From Eledone cirrhosa (Eukaryota): a DNA stretch of 64,000 nucleotides. The translations under genes were made by a program, and so were the position numbers. This document shows positions 17,159 through 31,111 of this stretch, one piece after another. Under the pieces are notes generated by a model. That model saw only the letters and a program-made list of their open reading frames with translations. It had not been told where the DNA came from and searched no databases. The stretch is from the NCBI GenBank assembly GCA_964016885.1, contig OZ024754.1, positions 38,936,001 through 39,000,000 on the forward strand, written 5' to 3'. Within the stretch, counting starts at the first letter, position 1. Every line of letters begins with the position of its first letter.

Positions 17159-17461
17159 TTGTTTCTACTTTTGGCACAAGGCCAGCAATTATCCCAGTGC
17201 ATTACTGGTACTTTGGTACTTTATTTTATCGACCCCGTAAGGATGAAAGGCAAAGTTAACCTTGGCGGGATTTGAACTCAGAATGGCAAGGGCCATAACT
17301 CTATGCGTCAAAGCATGGCGTCCGACCCTCTACCAATACTGCCAATCCACCTCCCAATACTTATTAATATTACATTATATGAGTGTGTCTCTATTGCTTT
17401 GTGCATTCTGTTGTTTTTTTTAGAATAGGTACACTGTATCCCTGAATATCATAAGAGGTAA

Positions 17462-17869
17462 TTAACCTTTACCATTTAACTCTTTAATGTTCAAACCGGC
17501 CAAAATCTCTACCTCTCTCTGTTGAAACTGGCTGTAACTGGCCACGCATACTGGTGTTAAGGAATTGTTCTCAAAATAAATACTTTCAAAATCTCATAGA
17601 TTCAATATTATGTGAGATATTATGCGAGGTAAAGCCTTAACCATGAAAATAAAATAGTATATATAGAGTAATGTGAATGCTAAAGGGTTAAACCAGCCAT
17701 ATCTGGTCAAAATTCTTTTACCTCTTTCTGTGCAAACCGGCCATAACCAGCTGCTTATACTTATGTTAAGATATTGTTCTCAAAATAAATAACATCAAAA
17801 TCTTGTAGATTCGATATTATGTGAAAATATTATAGTAAATATAGAGTAATGTAAATGCTAAATGGTTAA
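17462..17869 (+). mobile_element. piggyBac MITE family 1 with a second copy (17476-17691) nested at its internal TTAA
   Basis: Outer copy is interrupted exactly at TTAA, which is duplicated. Confidence 0.8.
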
Positions 17870-18138
17870 AATGGTTGGCTTGTGAAAGGGCTTCTGGCGG
17901 TAAACCATTGCCTCAACACATCTCTTCTAACCCATGCCAACACGGAGAAGTAAACGTGATGATGATAATGATGATGTATGTTTCTCAAGTGTTTTAATTA
18001 TAGAGGGCCCCAGTTGTATCAGGCAAGACACCTTGAAATGAAGTGTCTTGCTCAAGAACACACTGATGTCCAATGGAGATACAAATACAAACAAACTAAA
18101 TAAGCAATCAACACACAATGTGGAAGTTGATAATATAT

Positions 18139-18283
18139 ATTGACAGTTTGACTTATTCATGCATCACAAGAGGTTTCGTTGCACATAAGCATCTCTAATT
18201 CTTCAGATGCACGTCTGAAGAGTTATATGTGTAGATGTGCAATGAAACCTCTGGTAATACATGAATAAGTAAAACTGTTAATA
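18139..18283. repeat. Fold-back element with degenerate hammerhead cores (CTGAAGA...GAAAC) in both arms
   Basis: Inverted arms centred near 18210; gtCTGAAGA...GAAACctctgGTA. Confidence 0.6.
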
Positions 18284-18484
18284 CACTCACACACACCACA
18301 CACACACCACATACACACACACACCACATACACACACACACACCACATACACACATTATGTATTATGTAAGAGAGAAGGGGGCAATAAGAGAGAGAGGGG
18401 AGACAACTAAGAGAGAAAGAGAGAGAATGAAAGAGAAATTGGGTTAGGGATAGTAAATAGTGAGGGAGGGATAAGAGGAATTAT

Positions 18485-18523
<39 letters not shown>

Positions 18524-18749
18524 TGGAGATGAAGAGAGGAGACAGAACAGAGAGAGAGAGAGAGACAGAGAGATGGAGATGAAGAGAGGAGACAGAACAG
18601 AGAGAGAGAGAGAGAGGAAACTGAGATGGGGGGGGGGGGATGAGAAAGAGATAAGTAAAAAGTAAAGAGAAAGAGAGAGGAAAACAGAAGAGCAGGGGGG
18701 GGGGGGGGCAATGTATGTATTAAATCTAACACTATGACCTAATTTTTAT

Positions 18750-19990
18750 TTGATGGTGGTGGTGATGTTGGTGATGGTGGTGGTGGTATTGATGGTGGTG
18801 GTGGTGGTGATGGTGGTAGTGGTATTGATGGTGGTGATGGTGGTGGTGGTGGTGGTAATGATGGTGGTGGTGGTGGTATTGATGGTGGTGATGGTGGTGG
18901 TATTGATGGTGGTGGTGGTGGTATTGGTGGTGGTGGTGGTGGTGGTAGTGGTGTTGGTGGTGGTGGTGGTGATGGTGGTGGTGGTGGTGATGGTGGTAAT
19001 GACGGTGGTGGTATTGATGGTGGTGATGGTGGTCGTGGTATTGATGGTGGTGGTGGTGGTGATGGTGGTAGTGGTATTGATGGTGGTGATGGTGGTCGTG
19101 GTATTGATGGTGGTGGTGGTGGTGATGGTGGTAGTGGTATTGATGGTGGTGATGGTGGTGGTGGTGGTAATGATGGTGGTGGTGGTGGTAATGATGGTGG
19201 TGGTGGTGGTGGTGGTGGTGGTAATGATGGTGGTGGTGGTGGTATTGATGGTGGTGATGGTGGTGGTATTGGTGGTGGTGGTGGTGGTATTGGTGGTGGT
19301 GGTGGTGGTGGTAGTGGTATTGGTGGTGGTGGTGATGGTGGTAGTGGTATTGGTGGTGGTGGTAATGATGGTGGTGGTGGTGGTGATGGTGGTAATGACG
19401 GTGGTGGTATTGATGGTGGTGGTGGTAATGATGGTGGTGGTGCTGGTGGTGGTGATGATGGTGGTGGTGCTGGTGGTGGTGCTGGTGGTGGTGGTGGTGG
19501 TAATGATGGTGGTGGTGGTGGTAATGATGGTGGTGGTGGTGGTAATGATGGTGGTGATGGTGGTGGTGGTGGTAATGATGGTGGTGGTGGTGGTATTGAT
19601 GGTGGTGATGGTGGTGGTATTGGTGGTGGTGGTGGTGGTGGTAGTGGTATTGGTGGTGGTGGTGATGGTGGTAGTGGTATTGGTGGTGGTGGTGATGGTG
19701 GTAGTGGTATTGGTGGTGGTGGTAATGATGGTGGTGGTGGTGGTGATGGTGGTAATGACGGTGGTGGTATTGATGGTGGTGGTGGTAATGATGGTGGTGG
19801 TGCTGGTGGTGGTGATGATGGTGGTGGTGCTGGTGGTGGTGCTGGTGGTGGTGGTGGTGGTAATGATGGTGGTGGTGGTGGTAGTGGTATTGATGGTGGT
19901 GGTGGTAATGATGGTGGTGGTGCTGGTGGTGGTGATGATGGCGATGTTGGCAGTGGTGGCAATGTTGGTAATGATGGTGATGGTAGTGAT
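18750..19990. repeat. (GGT)n compound minisatellite with higher-order duplication
   Basis: Direct reading. Confidence 0.95.
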
Positions 19991-20053
19991 GGTAACTGTA
20001 GTAACTACAGTTGTAGTAGCAGTTGTACTAGTTATGTTGCTATGGTAATTACC

Positions 20054-20234
20054 AGAGAGAGAGAGAGAAGGGAGAGAAGGGAGTGAGAAAGAGAAATACT
20101 GAGAGAGAAGGGAGAGAGAGAGACATAGAGAAGGGAGAGGGAAAGAGAGAGAGACAGAGAGAAGGGAGAGGGAAAGAGAGAAAGACAGAGAGAAGGGAGA
20201 GAAAAACAGAGAGAAGGGAGGGAGAGAGAGAGAG

Positions 20235-20289
<55 letters not shown>

Positions 20290-20637
20290 AAAACAGAGAG
20301 AGAAGGGAGAGAGAGAGAGAGAGAGAGAGAGACTGAGAGAGAGAGAGGGAGGGAGGGAGAGAGAGACTGAGAGAGAGAGAGGGAGAGAGAAAAGAAAGAC
20401 AGAGAAACAGAAGGGAGGGGGGGGAGGAGTTGTGCAGCTGTAAAGCAGTAGTGTAGTAGCATAAGCCGGTAGTCTTGGGTCGTGATGCATAAATTAGCAT
20501 AATTTACTGATAAGCAAGTAGTGTTATCGATGTGATGGTGCAGCAGCATCATGTCTGTTGCAACTGCAGCAACACACAAGAACTGCATGCAATTAAAGGA
20601 ACATAAACCTCAACAGGTCATACAGACACAATACAGC

Positions 20638-20683
<46 letters not shown>

Positions 20684-20989
20684 ACACACACACACATGCA
20701 CACACACATATACACACACACACACATGCACACACACATGCACGCACACACATACACACACACATGCACACACACATGCACATACACACATACACACACA
20801 TGCACACACACACATACACACACACATGCACACACAGCAATTGTACATCTAATGCATTAGAGGTACTTCAGGGAATGTATGTTTAGTTTAATAGTCTTAT
20901 GTTTAATCAAGTGTGCATTATGTGCACACATACATACATGTATGTATGTGTGTATGTGTGTATGTATGTGTGCACATACATATATGTGA

Positions 20990-21040
<51 letters not shown>

Positions 21041-21711
21041 TTTATGAGTGAGTGTGTGTGGGCGAGTGAGTGATTGAGTGTGAGTGACTGTGAGTGTATA
21101 CACTGTGTGTGAGTGAAGGAGTGAGTGAGTGAGTGACTGTGTGAATGAGTGAGAGTGTGTGTGTGTGACTGTGAGAGTGTGTGAGTGTGTGTGTGAGTGA
21201 GTGTGTGAGTGAGTGTGTGAGTGAGTGACTGAGTGAGTGACTGTGTGAATGAGTGAGAGTGTGTGTGTGTGTGACATCGTGTGAGTGTGTGTGTATGAGT
21301 GAGAGTGTGTGTGAGAGTGTGAGAGAGAGAGGGCGTGTGTGTGTGTGTGTGTGTGTGTGAGTGACTGTGTGAATGTGTGTGAGTGACTGTGTGAATGTGT
21401 GTGAGTGAATGTGTGTGTGTGTGTGTGTGAGTTAATGTGTGTGTGTGTGAATGTGTGTGAGTGTGAGTGTGTGTGAGTGTATGTGTGTGTGTATAAGTGA
21501 GTGTATGTGTGTGTGTGTGTGACAATGTAGTTGTTCTACAACACCTTTGACAAGTTGTAGTGCACCTGAGCACTTTACACAATAATTTCATTATTATATT
21601 ACTGCTATATATTACACAGGCTGCAAGCAAGATCTGATACCAATCTTCCTATACAGAGAGAGTGGAGGGAGATCATTTAGTTTTTTATATCAATAATTGG
21701 CAGTTACTACT

Positions 21712-21770
<59 letters not shown>

Positions 21771-22008
21771 ACGAAATAGGGTATTGATGTTTACATACAC
21801 ACACAGGTTGATGAATGTATGAACAGGTAAATACATACACAAACACACACATATATACATTCATACATATATGAAAACATGCACACACATAAACACACAT
21901 ACATAAAGACACACCCTATATATATACACACACACACCCACACACACATATATATATATATATACACACCCACACACACACACATATATATATATATATA
22001 CACACACC

Positions 22009-22040
<32 letters not shown>

Positions 22041-22061
22041 CACACCCACACATACATATAT

Positions 22062-22092
<31 letters not shown>

Positions 22093-22190
22093 CACACCCA
22101 CACATATATATATATATACACACCCACACATATATATATATATACACACACACACATATATATATACACATACATACATACATATATATA

Positions 22191-22224
<34 letters not shown>

Positions 22225-22250
22225 CAGATATATATATACACAAATAGTAA
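20054..22250. repeat. Cluster of (GA)n, (CA)n, (GT/GAGT)n and (TA)n tracts with short unique spacers
   Basis: Direct reading. Confidence 0.85.
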
Positions 22251-22562
22251 TAATAATAAAATTGAAGACTAAAATCCAAAGAGGGCTCGATATACACAAA
22301 TATATATAAATATACCTGTATAAATATACATATGTATAAATATACATATATATATTTGTTTCTACTTTAGGCACAAGGCCAGCAATTACCCAGTTCATTA
22401 TATATTAATAAAAGATCGGAGGCCATATTCAGTTAGTTCAGTGGAAGGAAACTGCAGTAGAGGAAGACCAAAGAAGATCTGGTGAGAACTCATCTTAAAT
22501 TGCTGAAACTCATCTTAAAGAGGAAATGAGGAAGGAACATAACAAGTGAAGAGATGCTGGAA

Positions 22563-22730
22563 AAGACCCACCCAACCAAAGGACCTACGCAACCAAAGAC
22601 CTACCCAACTAAAGGACCCACCCATCCAAAGGACCCACCCAACCAAAAGCTCCACCCATCCAAAGGACCCATCTAACCAAAGGACCCACCCATCCAAAGG
22701 ACCCATCTAACCAAAGGACCCACCCAACCA
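22563..22730. repeat. 19-bp minisatellite (CCAAAGGACCCACCCAWCC-like), ~9 copies, inside an RTE 3' end
   Basis: Repeated ccaaaggaccca; flanked by RTE-like VEGNCSRGRPKKIW and gcaagcatggaaaa...gatgatg. Confidence 0.8.
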
Positions 22731-23297
22731 ATGCAAGCATGGAAAAACTAGATACAAAATGATGATGTGGCTTATACAAGGTGGACCTTATGTCGTGCGC
22801 AATTAAGCGTGAGATGTCATGCAACATATCAACAATTAGACTCAATCAGTACCTTAAAATCACAGAAGATAGGATGATGAAAATGATACCTTTGTTATTT
22901 CAATAGTATTTTTTGTTATTAATACAATACAATGTATACTAAATTGTTTTTAAAGCTTTGGTGCGCGACTTATGGCCCATCCTGTATATGGGTATATATG
23001 ATAATTAATGTCTGTAAGGTGGTCATGTTGGTGACGCAACAAAAAGTAACCAGTCCACCTTGTTTAGGTGGTCGTTATGGTTCCATGATGTAAAAAAGCA
23101 CCCAGTTGTAGAAACCAAGCTAATATACAGAACAGTATGCGCATGGTGGTCTCTGGACTGACTTGTCTCATGTGTTTTTGGCAAATCTTATGAAGTCTTT
23201 GGAATATATTATTCTAATACGAACATTCTTCTGCATTCCATATTATTTACAGCAATGTTTTATATGACAGTTGATTTATTGGACATTATGCTTTGAC

Positions 23298-24060
23298 AGA
23301 GTCGTGTACACACATACATACACAGTCGTGTACACACATACATACACAGTCGTGTACATACATACATACATACATACAGTCTTGTACACATACATACACA
23401 GTCGTGTACATACATACATACAGTCTTGTACACATACATACACAGTCGTGTACACACATACATACACAGTCGTGTACACACATACATACACAGTCGTGTA
23501 CACACATACATACACAGTCGTGTACACACATACATACACAGTCGTGTACACACATACATAGTCGTGTACACACATACATACACAGTCGTGTACACACATA
23601 CATACACAGTCGTGTACACACATACATACACAGTCGTGTACACACATACATACACAGTCGTGTACACACATATATACACAGTCGTGTACATACATACATA
23701 CACAGTCTTGTACACATACATACACAGTCTTGTACACACATACATACACAGTTGTATACACACATACATACAGTCGTGTACACACATACATACACAGTCG
23801 TGTACACACATACATACAGTCGTGTACACACATACATACACAGTCGTGTACACACATACATACACAGTCGTGTACACACATACACAGTCGTGTACACACA
23901 TACACAGTCGTGTACACACATACACAGTCGTGTACACACATACATACACAGTCGTGTACATACATACATACATACACAGTCTTGTACACATACATACACA
24001 GTCTTGTACACACATACATACACAGTCGTGTACATACATACATACACAGTCTTGTACACA
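23298..24060. repeat. ~22-bp minisatellite CAGTCGTGTACACACATACATA, ~35 copies
   Basis: Direct reading. Confidence 0.95.
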
Positions 24061-24324
24061 CCTATGGTTCCATGATGTAAAAAAGCAGCCAGTTGTAGAA
24101 ACCAAGCTAATATACAGAACAGTATGCGCCTGGTGGTCTCTGGACTGACTTGTCTCATAACATATGTCCATTTTTCCCCGCTTACATAGGTTAGACAACC
24201 GTCTAACCTATGTAAGCGGGGAAAAATGGACATTAATTGGGGATGGTGATGATGTAGAGTGTCTGCAATTGTGCTCAACGCAAGTAGACAGAAGCAGAAT
24301 TAACAGCACTCAATATATAACTGG

Positions 24325-24735
24325 CATTTTTCACGCTCAGAGTTGCTGAAGCATGGAACAAACTACCTGCATCAGTTGTTAGCTGTCGAGACACTGCATC
24401 CTTTAAGGCCTCCATGCTTCCCGAGATCCGCCAACACTACAGCTAACAAATACACACATGTACTTCCCTGACATTTGTGTATTATTCTATGGATTGGCAG
24501 TATCGGTAGAGGGTCGGACGCCATGCTTTCCAGCATAGTTACGTCCCTTTACGATCTGAGTTCAAATCCTGCCGAGGTTGACTTTGCCTTTCATCCTTAC
24601 GGGGTCGATAAAATAAAGTACCAGTAATGCTGGCCTTGTGCCTAAAGTAGAAACAATTATTCTATGTACTATACATACACCTTTGACGAGTTGTAGTGCA
24701 CCTGAGCACTTTACACAATAATTTCATTATTATTT
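24325..24735 (+). mobile_element. CR1/L2-type LINE 3' end interrupted by SINE A (24492-24655)
   Basis: FTLRVAEAWNKLPASVVSCRDTASFKASM matches the CR1 'F..RV...WN.LP..VV....SFK' motif; 11-bp TSD attattctatg around the SINE. Confidence 0.85.
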
Positions 24736-24979
24736 TATATATTTCATTGACTCAGGAGTGGAGGGATAAAAAGTAAAAGCAAAACTGTCAGAACATGAAT
24801 GAAACTCTACATTCTGTAATTTGTTGTAGCAATATATATTGTTTGTGCCAATAGAATGGTTTGGTAAACAAGGAAATGATACATTTAATTAATGAGGTAC
24901 ATGTGTGTCTCAGTGGTGGTGGGGTGGGAAAACCTCATTTATCCTTGACCAATGAAAACCCACCACCAAAACCACGGAC

Positions 24980-25950
24980 CTGGCCCCACCACCACCATTA
25001 CCCCCATCACTACTACTACTACTACTAACACCACTACTTTACTAGCACCAACATAACCACTACACTAGTACTGACAACACAAACATTATCATTACACAAG
25101 CAACCCCCCAATACTACAACACCACCACCACCACCATCATCATCAACACTGCTGCCAGCACCTCTACTACTACAACACCACCACCACCACCACCATCAAC
25201 ACTGCTGCCAGCACCTCTACTACTACAACACCACCACCACCACCATCAACACTGCTGCCAGCACCTCTACTACTACAACACCACTACCACCACCACCATC
25301 TTGCTACAGGAAGTTATCTAATTAGCAAATATAATCAGTAAAAACAAATAACACCAACGCCTCCCATACTACCACCACCACCACCACCACCACCCCAACA
25401 GCACCACTACCACCACCACCAACAACACCAACAACACAACACCAACAGCACCACTACCATCACCGCCAACAACAATACCACCACACACACCACCACACCA
25501 CCACAACACCACTACCATCACCGCCAACAACAATACCACCGCCAACAACAATACCACCACAACACCACCACACACACCACCACAACACCACAACACCACT
25601 ACCATCACCGCCAACAACAATACCACCACACACACCACCAACACCACCACCACAACACCAACAACACACCACCACCACCAACAGCACCACTACCATCACC
25701 GCCAACAACAATACCACCACACAGACCACCACCACAACACCACCACCACCACCACTACCATCAACAACAATACCACCACACAGACCACCACCACCACTAC
25801 CATCACCACAAACAACAATACCACCACCGCAACCACAACAACACCACCACCACCACACCATCACCACCAACAACAATACCACCACACACACCACCACCAC
25901 AACACCACCACACACACCACCACCACAACACCACCACACACACCACCAAC
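24980..25950. repeat. (ACC/ACA/ACT) low-complexity minisatellites
   Basis: Direct reading. Confidence 0.9.
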
Positions 25951-26354
25951 TGCTTTAAGACAATATTTGCCACACTATTATTATTCCCTGTATATTTCCG
26001 TATTACTGTTGCTGCAGTTATTGACTAAAGAATTACTGTAGAAACCTAAAATATCTCATTATTTTGGCGGTGGATTGGCAGTATCAGTAGAGGGTCGGAC
26101 GCCATGCTTTCCAGCATAGTTACGTCCCTTTACGATCTGAGTTCAAATCCCGCCGAGGTTGACTTTGCCTTTCATCCTTACGGGGTCGATCGATAAAATA
26201 AAGTACCAGTAATGCACTGGGTAATTGCTGGCCTTGTGCCTAACGTAGAAACAATTATTTCTAAAGTACCAGTAATGCACTGCGTAATTGCTGGCCTTGT
26301 GCCAAACGTAGAAACAATTATTTCAACCTTCCTTACATTTGTTGTTGTTGGTGA

Positions 26355-26385
<31 letters not shown>

Positions 26386-26486
26386 GCAGTTACGTTTTCA
26401 GCAGTGATATCTCTCTCTCTCTCTCTCTCTCTCTCTCCAAATCAAATCAGGTGAGGTAGCAAAGGTACATACATATAGGTACATAC

Positions 26487-26531
<45 letters not shown>

Positions 26532-27364
26532 CACACACACCCACACATATATATCATCATCATCGTTTAACGGCCATCTCTTCCTCTCCCCGCTAGCATG
26601 GCTAGGATATATATATAAACATATACACACACAACACACCCATACATATACATATATATATAAAAATACGGATGTGTATGTGTACAGATAGGTGGATATA
26701 TGTCGATAAGGTGAGAGTAAGGGAGAGAAGAATAATGATATATAGAAATAAAAACAGTCAGATAGGTATACAGAGTAGGATGGAGAGAGAGGGCTGCTAT
26801 TGAGAGAGAGACACAGAAAGAGAGAGAGGGACAGAAAGTGAGTGGTTAGAAAGAGATGAAAGAGACAAATGTTGAAACAACAAACTAGATTTTATGGCTG
26901 CCAACTGAATAAGTTCTGATTTATCCACCATTTATCATCATCATCAGCAACATGTGTGTGTGACTATCACTTTTTCTACCTTTCCACTCATATTCATACA
27001 CTCTCTTCATTTAATCTCATGGCCCCTGTGGGGCACATTTGATGTGGTGCAGAGTGGAAAGACTTGCCACCCACTGTATAGAGGTCAAGGCAACCTCTCG
27101 AGAGGTGGTGCCATGATAAAACTGCACCCAGTACACTGTCCTTGTGTTGCTTTCTTCATCAAATAGTAAACAGTGATAGTGAAAAGAAAAGGGGAACAGA
27201 AACATCACACTGCAGAACGCTGGTGACTGTATGGAAAGTTTCAAACACATTTCCCTTAACATATACTAAACTCTGGCAGGTCAGATATAATATTTTGAAG
27301 ACATTTATAATGAATACGGCAATTCTGTAGTAATGTGGGACAGCAAACCATATTTTCCTGTTGC

Positions 27365-27604
27365 TTAACCTTTTAGTTACCAACCCGGCCAAAACTGGCT
27401 CTGGTTCTATGAAATAAAACCACCCATTTTAAAGGTTTCCAATTTAAATTAAAATATTCCAACATAATTTTATATAAGAACATTACATTAAGTTACTATC
27501 TTAGTAATGAAATAACTAATAATTCTAGTAAATCACTCAAAATTCTTCATAAACTATTTAAAACTGAGTGTATTTCGTTAGAAAAGCTGTCATGAGAGGG
27601 TTAA
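27365..27604. mobile_element. piggyBac-type MITE family 2 (relatives at 12637, 31445-31975, 38032-38655, 63689-63945)
   Basis: TTAA-CC...GGG-TTAA ends; shared internal 'ttagtaaatccctcaaaattcttcattaat'. Confidence 0.7.
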
Positions 27605-28610
27605 ATCAAAAAGGTTTGTAAAGTTGACAAATGCGTATACAAAGAGAAACTGTTTTGCTTCTTCTGAAGTTGTAACATCTGCCTCACATGATACAGATTT
27701 GCTAAGCATAGCTTCTTCCCTTGTGGAGATCCACTTAATTTTCCCTGAAGATGGGAACAGCATGAAACATCCAGAACAAGGCTTACACAAGACACACAGA
27801 CAAACTGGGGATATGGGCCAGAAGAATGAGTGTTTGTATTTCATTATTGAGGCAGTATCGGTAGAGGGTCGGGCGCCATGCTTTGCAGCAAAGAGTTACG
27901 GCCCTTTATGGTCTGAGTTCAAATCCCGCCAAGGTTAACTTTGCCTTTCATCCTTATGTGGTCGATAAAATAAAGTACCAGTAATACACTGGGATAATTG
28001 TGCCAAAAGTAGAAACAATTATTGAAACTGAAATGATCTCTTTGAGCAAAGTACTCAATACATTCTGCCCTACATACCTCATTTTAGAACGAGAGATAGT
28101 GGGGAGAGGGAGGAGGTGAGGAAGAGTGAGAGGGGAGAGACAGAGAAGGGGAAAAAGAACAATAAAAAAAAAGATGTGAGGAAGAGAGGGTAAATTAAAA
28201 AAGTAGAGAGAAATGGATTGAGATGAAATAAGAGAAAGAACTCTGAGAGAGTGCCAAACAGGTTGAATGGCAATGACTAGTTTAGTTGTTCGTTGGTGCC
28301 AACATCGAACCTTCTTACAGGAGACTAAAATCAATCAATCAGCCAATAATTTATATTGATCTGCTTTCATTGTGACTATATTATTTACTACCAAAGTATG
28401 GAAAGGGAGAGAGAGTGATATATATACATATATATAGATAGATAGATAGATAGAAAGAGACGGAGGGGGGCAGCATTCATTACTATTCCAATTATGCCAG
28501 CTTCGTTAAACAAAGCCTCTATTACGCCATTAGCAAATCAATATGACTGTGAAGAGGAGTTTAGTGATCAATAGATTAAGATATGGCAATGCAGTGTTTA
28601 AGAGGCTCAC

Positions 28611-28658
28611 TTTGTAATCAGACGTCTTTGGTTTTCTATGGCATTGTATGAGGCCCAC
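28611..28658 (-). CDS. Candidate 48-nt exon (phase 2: WASYNAIENQRRLITK)
   Basis: ttcacttacccaag| ... |gtgagc; frame-preserving length. Confidence 0.4.
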
Positions 28659-28671
28659 CTTGGGTAAGTGA

Positions 28672-29523
28672 AGCAACCACAACATCTGTTGAGGCAACCA
28701 CAACATCTGTTGAGCAACCACAACATCTGTTGAGGCAACCACAACATCTGTTGAGCAACAACAACATCTGTTGAGCAACAACAACATCTGTTGAGCAACA
28801 ACAACATCTGTTGAGGCAACCACAACATCTGTTGAGGCAACTACATCTATTGAGGCAACCACAACATCTGTTGAGGCAATCACAACATCTGTTGAGGCAA
28901 CTACATCTATTGAGGCAACCACATCTATTGAGTCAACTACAACATCTGTTGAGTCAACTACAACATCTGTTGAGGCAACTACAACATCTGTTGAGGCAAC
29001 TACAACATCTGTTGAGGCAACTACAACATCTGTTGAGGCAACTACAACATCTGTTGAGGCAACTACAACATCTGTGAGGCAACTACAACATCTGTTGAGG
29101 CAACTACAACATCTGTTGAGGCAACTACAACATCTGTTGAGGCAACTACAACATCTGTTGAGGCAACTACAACATCTGTTGAGGCAACTACAACATCTGT
29201 TGAGGCAACTACAACATCTGTTGAGGCAACCACAACATCTGTTGAGGCAACCACAACATCTGTTGAGGCAACTACAACATCTGTTGAGGCAACTACAACA
29301 TCTGTTGAGTCAACTACAACATCTGTTGAGTCAACTACAACATCTGTTGAGTCAACTACAACATCTGTTGAGGCAACTACAACATCTGTTGAGGCAACTA
29401 CAACATCTGTTGAGGCAACCACAACATATGTTGAAGCAACCACAATATCTGTTGAGGCAACCACATCTGTTGAGGCAACCACATCTGTTGAGGCAACCAC
29501 AACACCTGTTGAGGCAACTACAA
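28672..29523. repeat. 21-bp minisatellite GAGGCAACTACAACATCTGTT, ~41 copies
   Basis: Contiguous units with no spacers. Confidence 0.97.
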
Positions 29524-29879
29524 CAATAATCTCCAATTGAGTGGACAGGAGGAGCAAAATGAAATAAAATATCTTGCTCAAGGACATAATGTACCACCCA
29601 ATCCAGGAATTGAACTCACAACCTAACAATCATGAAAACCAGATACTAGATAGGGGTGGTATTGTGTGAAAGGTTAACAACTATATGAGGTATATATATA
29701 TATACACACATATATATATATATATTATCATCACCGTTTTATGTCCATTCTTCCACGCTAGCATGGGTTAGGCGGATTGTCCTGTTGTATGCAATGTTAG
29801 GCCGGCTGACCTTGTCTTGCTCATACGGGAACTGATTTTGGCTGGATATCTCCAGCTGGATGCCCTTCCTAACATTTAT

Positions 29880-30033
29880 ATTAGGAATAACTGTTATTCC
29901 ATTGTGATCCTGTCTCTATTTTGTACTCCTGAAGAAGGGCTTAAGCCCCCGGCACGTCGAACTTTCTTTCCTCTTTCCAATATAAAGTGTGAAACTAATA
30001 AGACTTTTTGTACCTCTGTTTGTTGTCTCCTTG

Positions 30034-30036
<3 letters not shown>
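29880..30036 (+). mobile_element. Penelope-like pLTR remnant with mutated hammerhead core
   Basis: cCTGAAGA-agggc-ttaa-gccccc-GGCACGTC (GAAAC mutated), followed by (TA)n. Confidence 0.55.
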
Positions 30037-30071
<35 letters not shown>

Positions 30072-30072
<1 letters not shown>

Positions 30073-30412
30073 CATCATCATCATCATCATTTTACGTCCG
30101 CTTTTCCCTGCTTGCAAGGGTGGGATGGGAACTGATTCTGACTTGATTTCTACAGCTGGATGCCCTTCCTAACACCAACCTCATTTACAGTGAGTGCTGG
30201 GTGCTTTTTTGCTGTGGCACTTCCACGACCACTTGACAGTGGAATGATAGGGACCCCAGTCCCTATCATCTCATTTCTACAGCTGAGTAAACTGGAGCAA
30301 TGTGAAATAAAGTGTCTTGCTCAAGGAAACAACACATCACCCGGTCTGAGAATTGAACTCACAACCTTTCGATTGCAAGGCCAATGCTCTAACCATTAAG
30401 CCATGTGCCTCC
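30072..30412 (-). mobile_element. SINE family B
   Basis: Near-identical to 10327-10677. Confidence 0.9.
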
Positions 30413-30419
30413 ATATAGA

Positions 30420-30457
<38 letters not shown>

Positions 30458-31066
30458 AGGATGGAGTGGGTACTAGATAGGGGTGGTATTGTATGAAAAG
30501 TTCACAACAATATGATGGGTATATATCATCATCATCATCATCGTTTAACGTCCATCTTCCACGCTTGCATGGGTTTGGACGGGAGTTTTCCCACTTGAGG
30601 CAAGAGTGGTTGTCTTGCTCGCAGTGGTTGTCTGACAGGTTTTCTACAGCTGGATGCCCTTCCTAACACCAACCACATTTACAGTGTGGACTGGGAGGAT
30701 TTTACCGTGTTACCTACACGGCCACATTACAGCGTGGACTGTGTGTTTTTTTGTCTTGACACCTACACGACCTCATTTGTTTCGGACTGGATGTTGTGGT
30801 ACCAACATAACTTTACATTGGAAGAGGTGGTGTGGATGGGGTGGGGCTAGTGGGACGGGGGGGTGTATTTTTGTTAGAGGTGCCTACTGACTGTAGTAGG
30901 TTTCACTTATATAGGGAGATCAAGGTGGAATGAGTTCTAAATAGGGGTGTTGTTGTGTGAATGGTATACAAGCAATACAATAGATGGAACAAAACAATAG
31001 GTTTAGTAGATGGCAGGTAATAATAGGGAGTCTGGGTGTTGATAGAAGCAGCTGCAATGGTTCAGC

Positions 31067-31111
<45 letters not shown>

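Noticed and set aside
26954-27844. Unique-sequence ORFs near 27.0-27.8 kb (similar case at 32756-32983)
   Set aside because: No recognisable motif or convincing paired splice sites; left unannotated
28672-29523. CRISPR-like regular repeat
   Set aside because: Contiguous units without unique spacers; eukaryotic context; no cas genes
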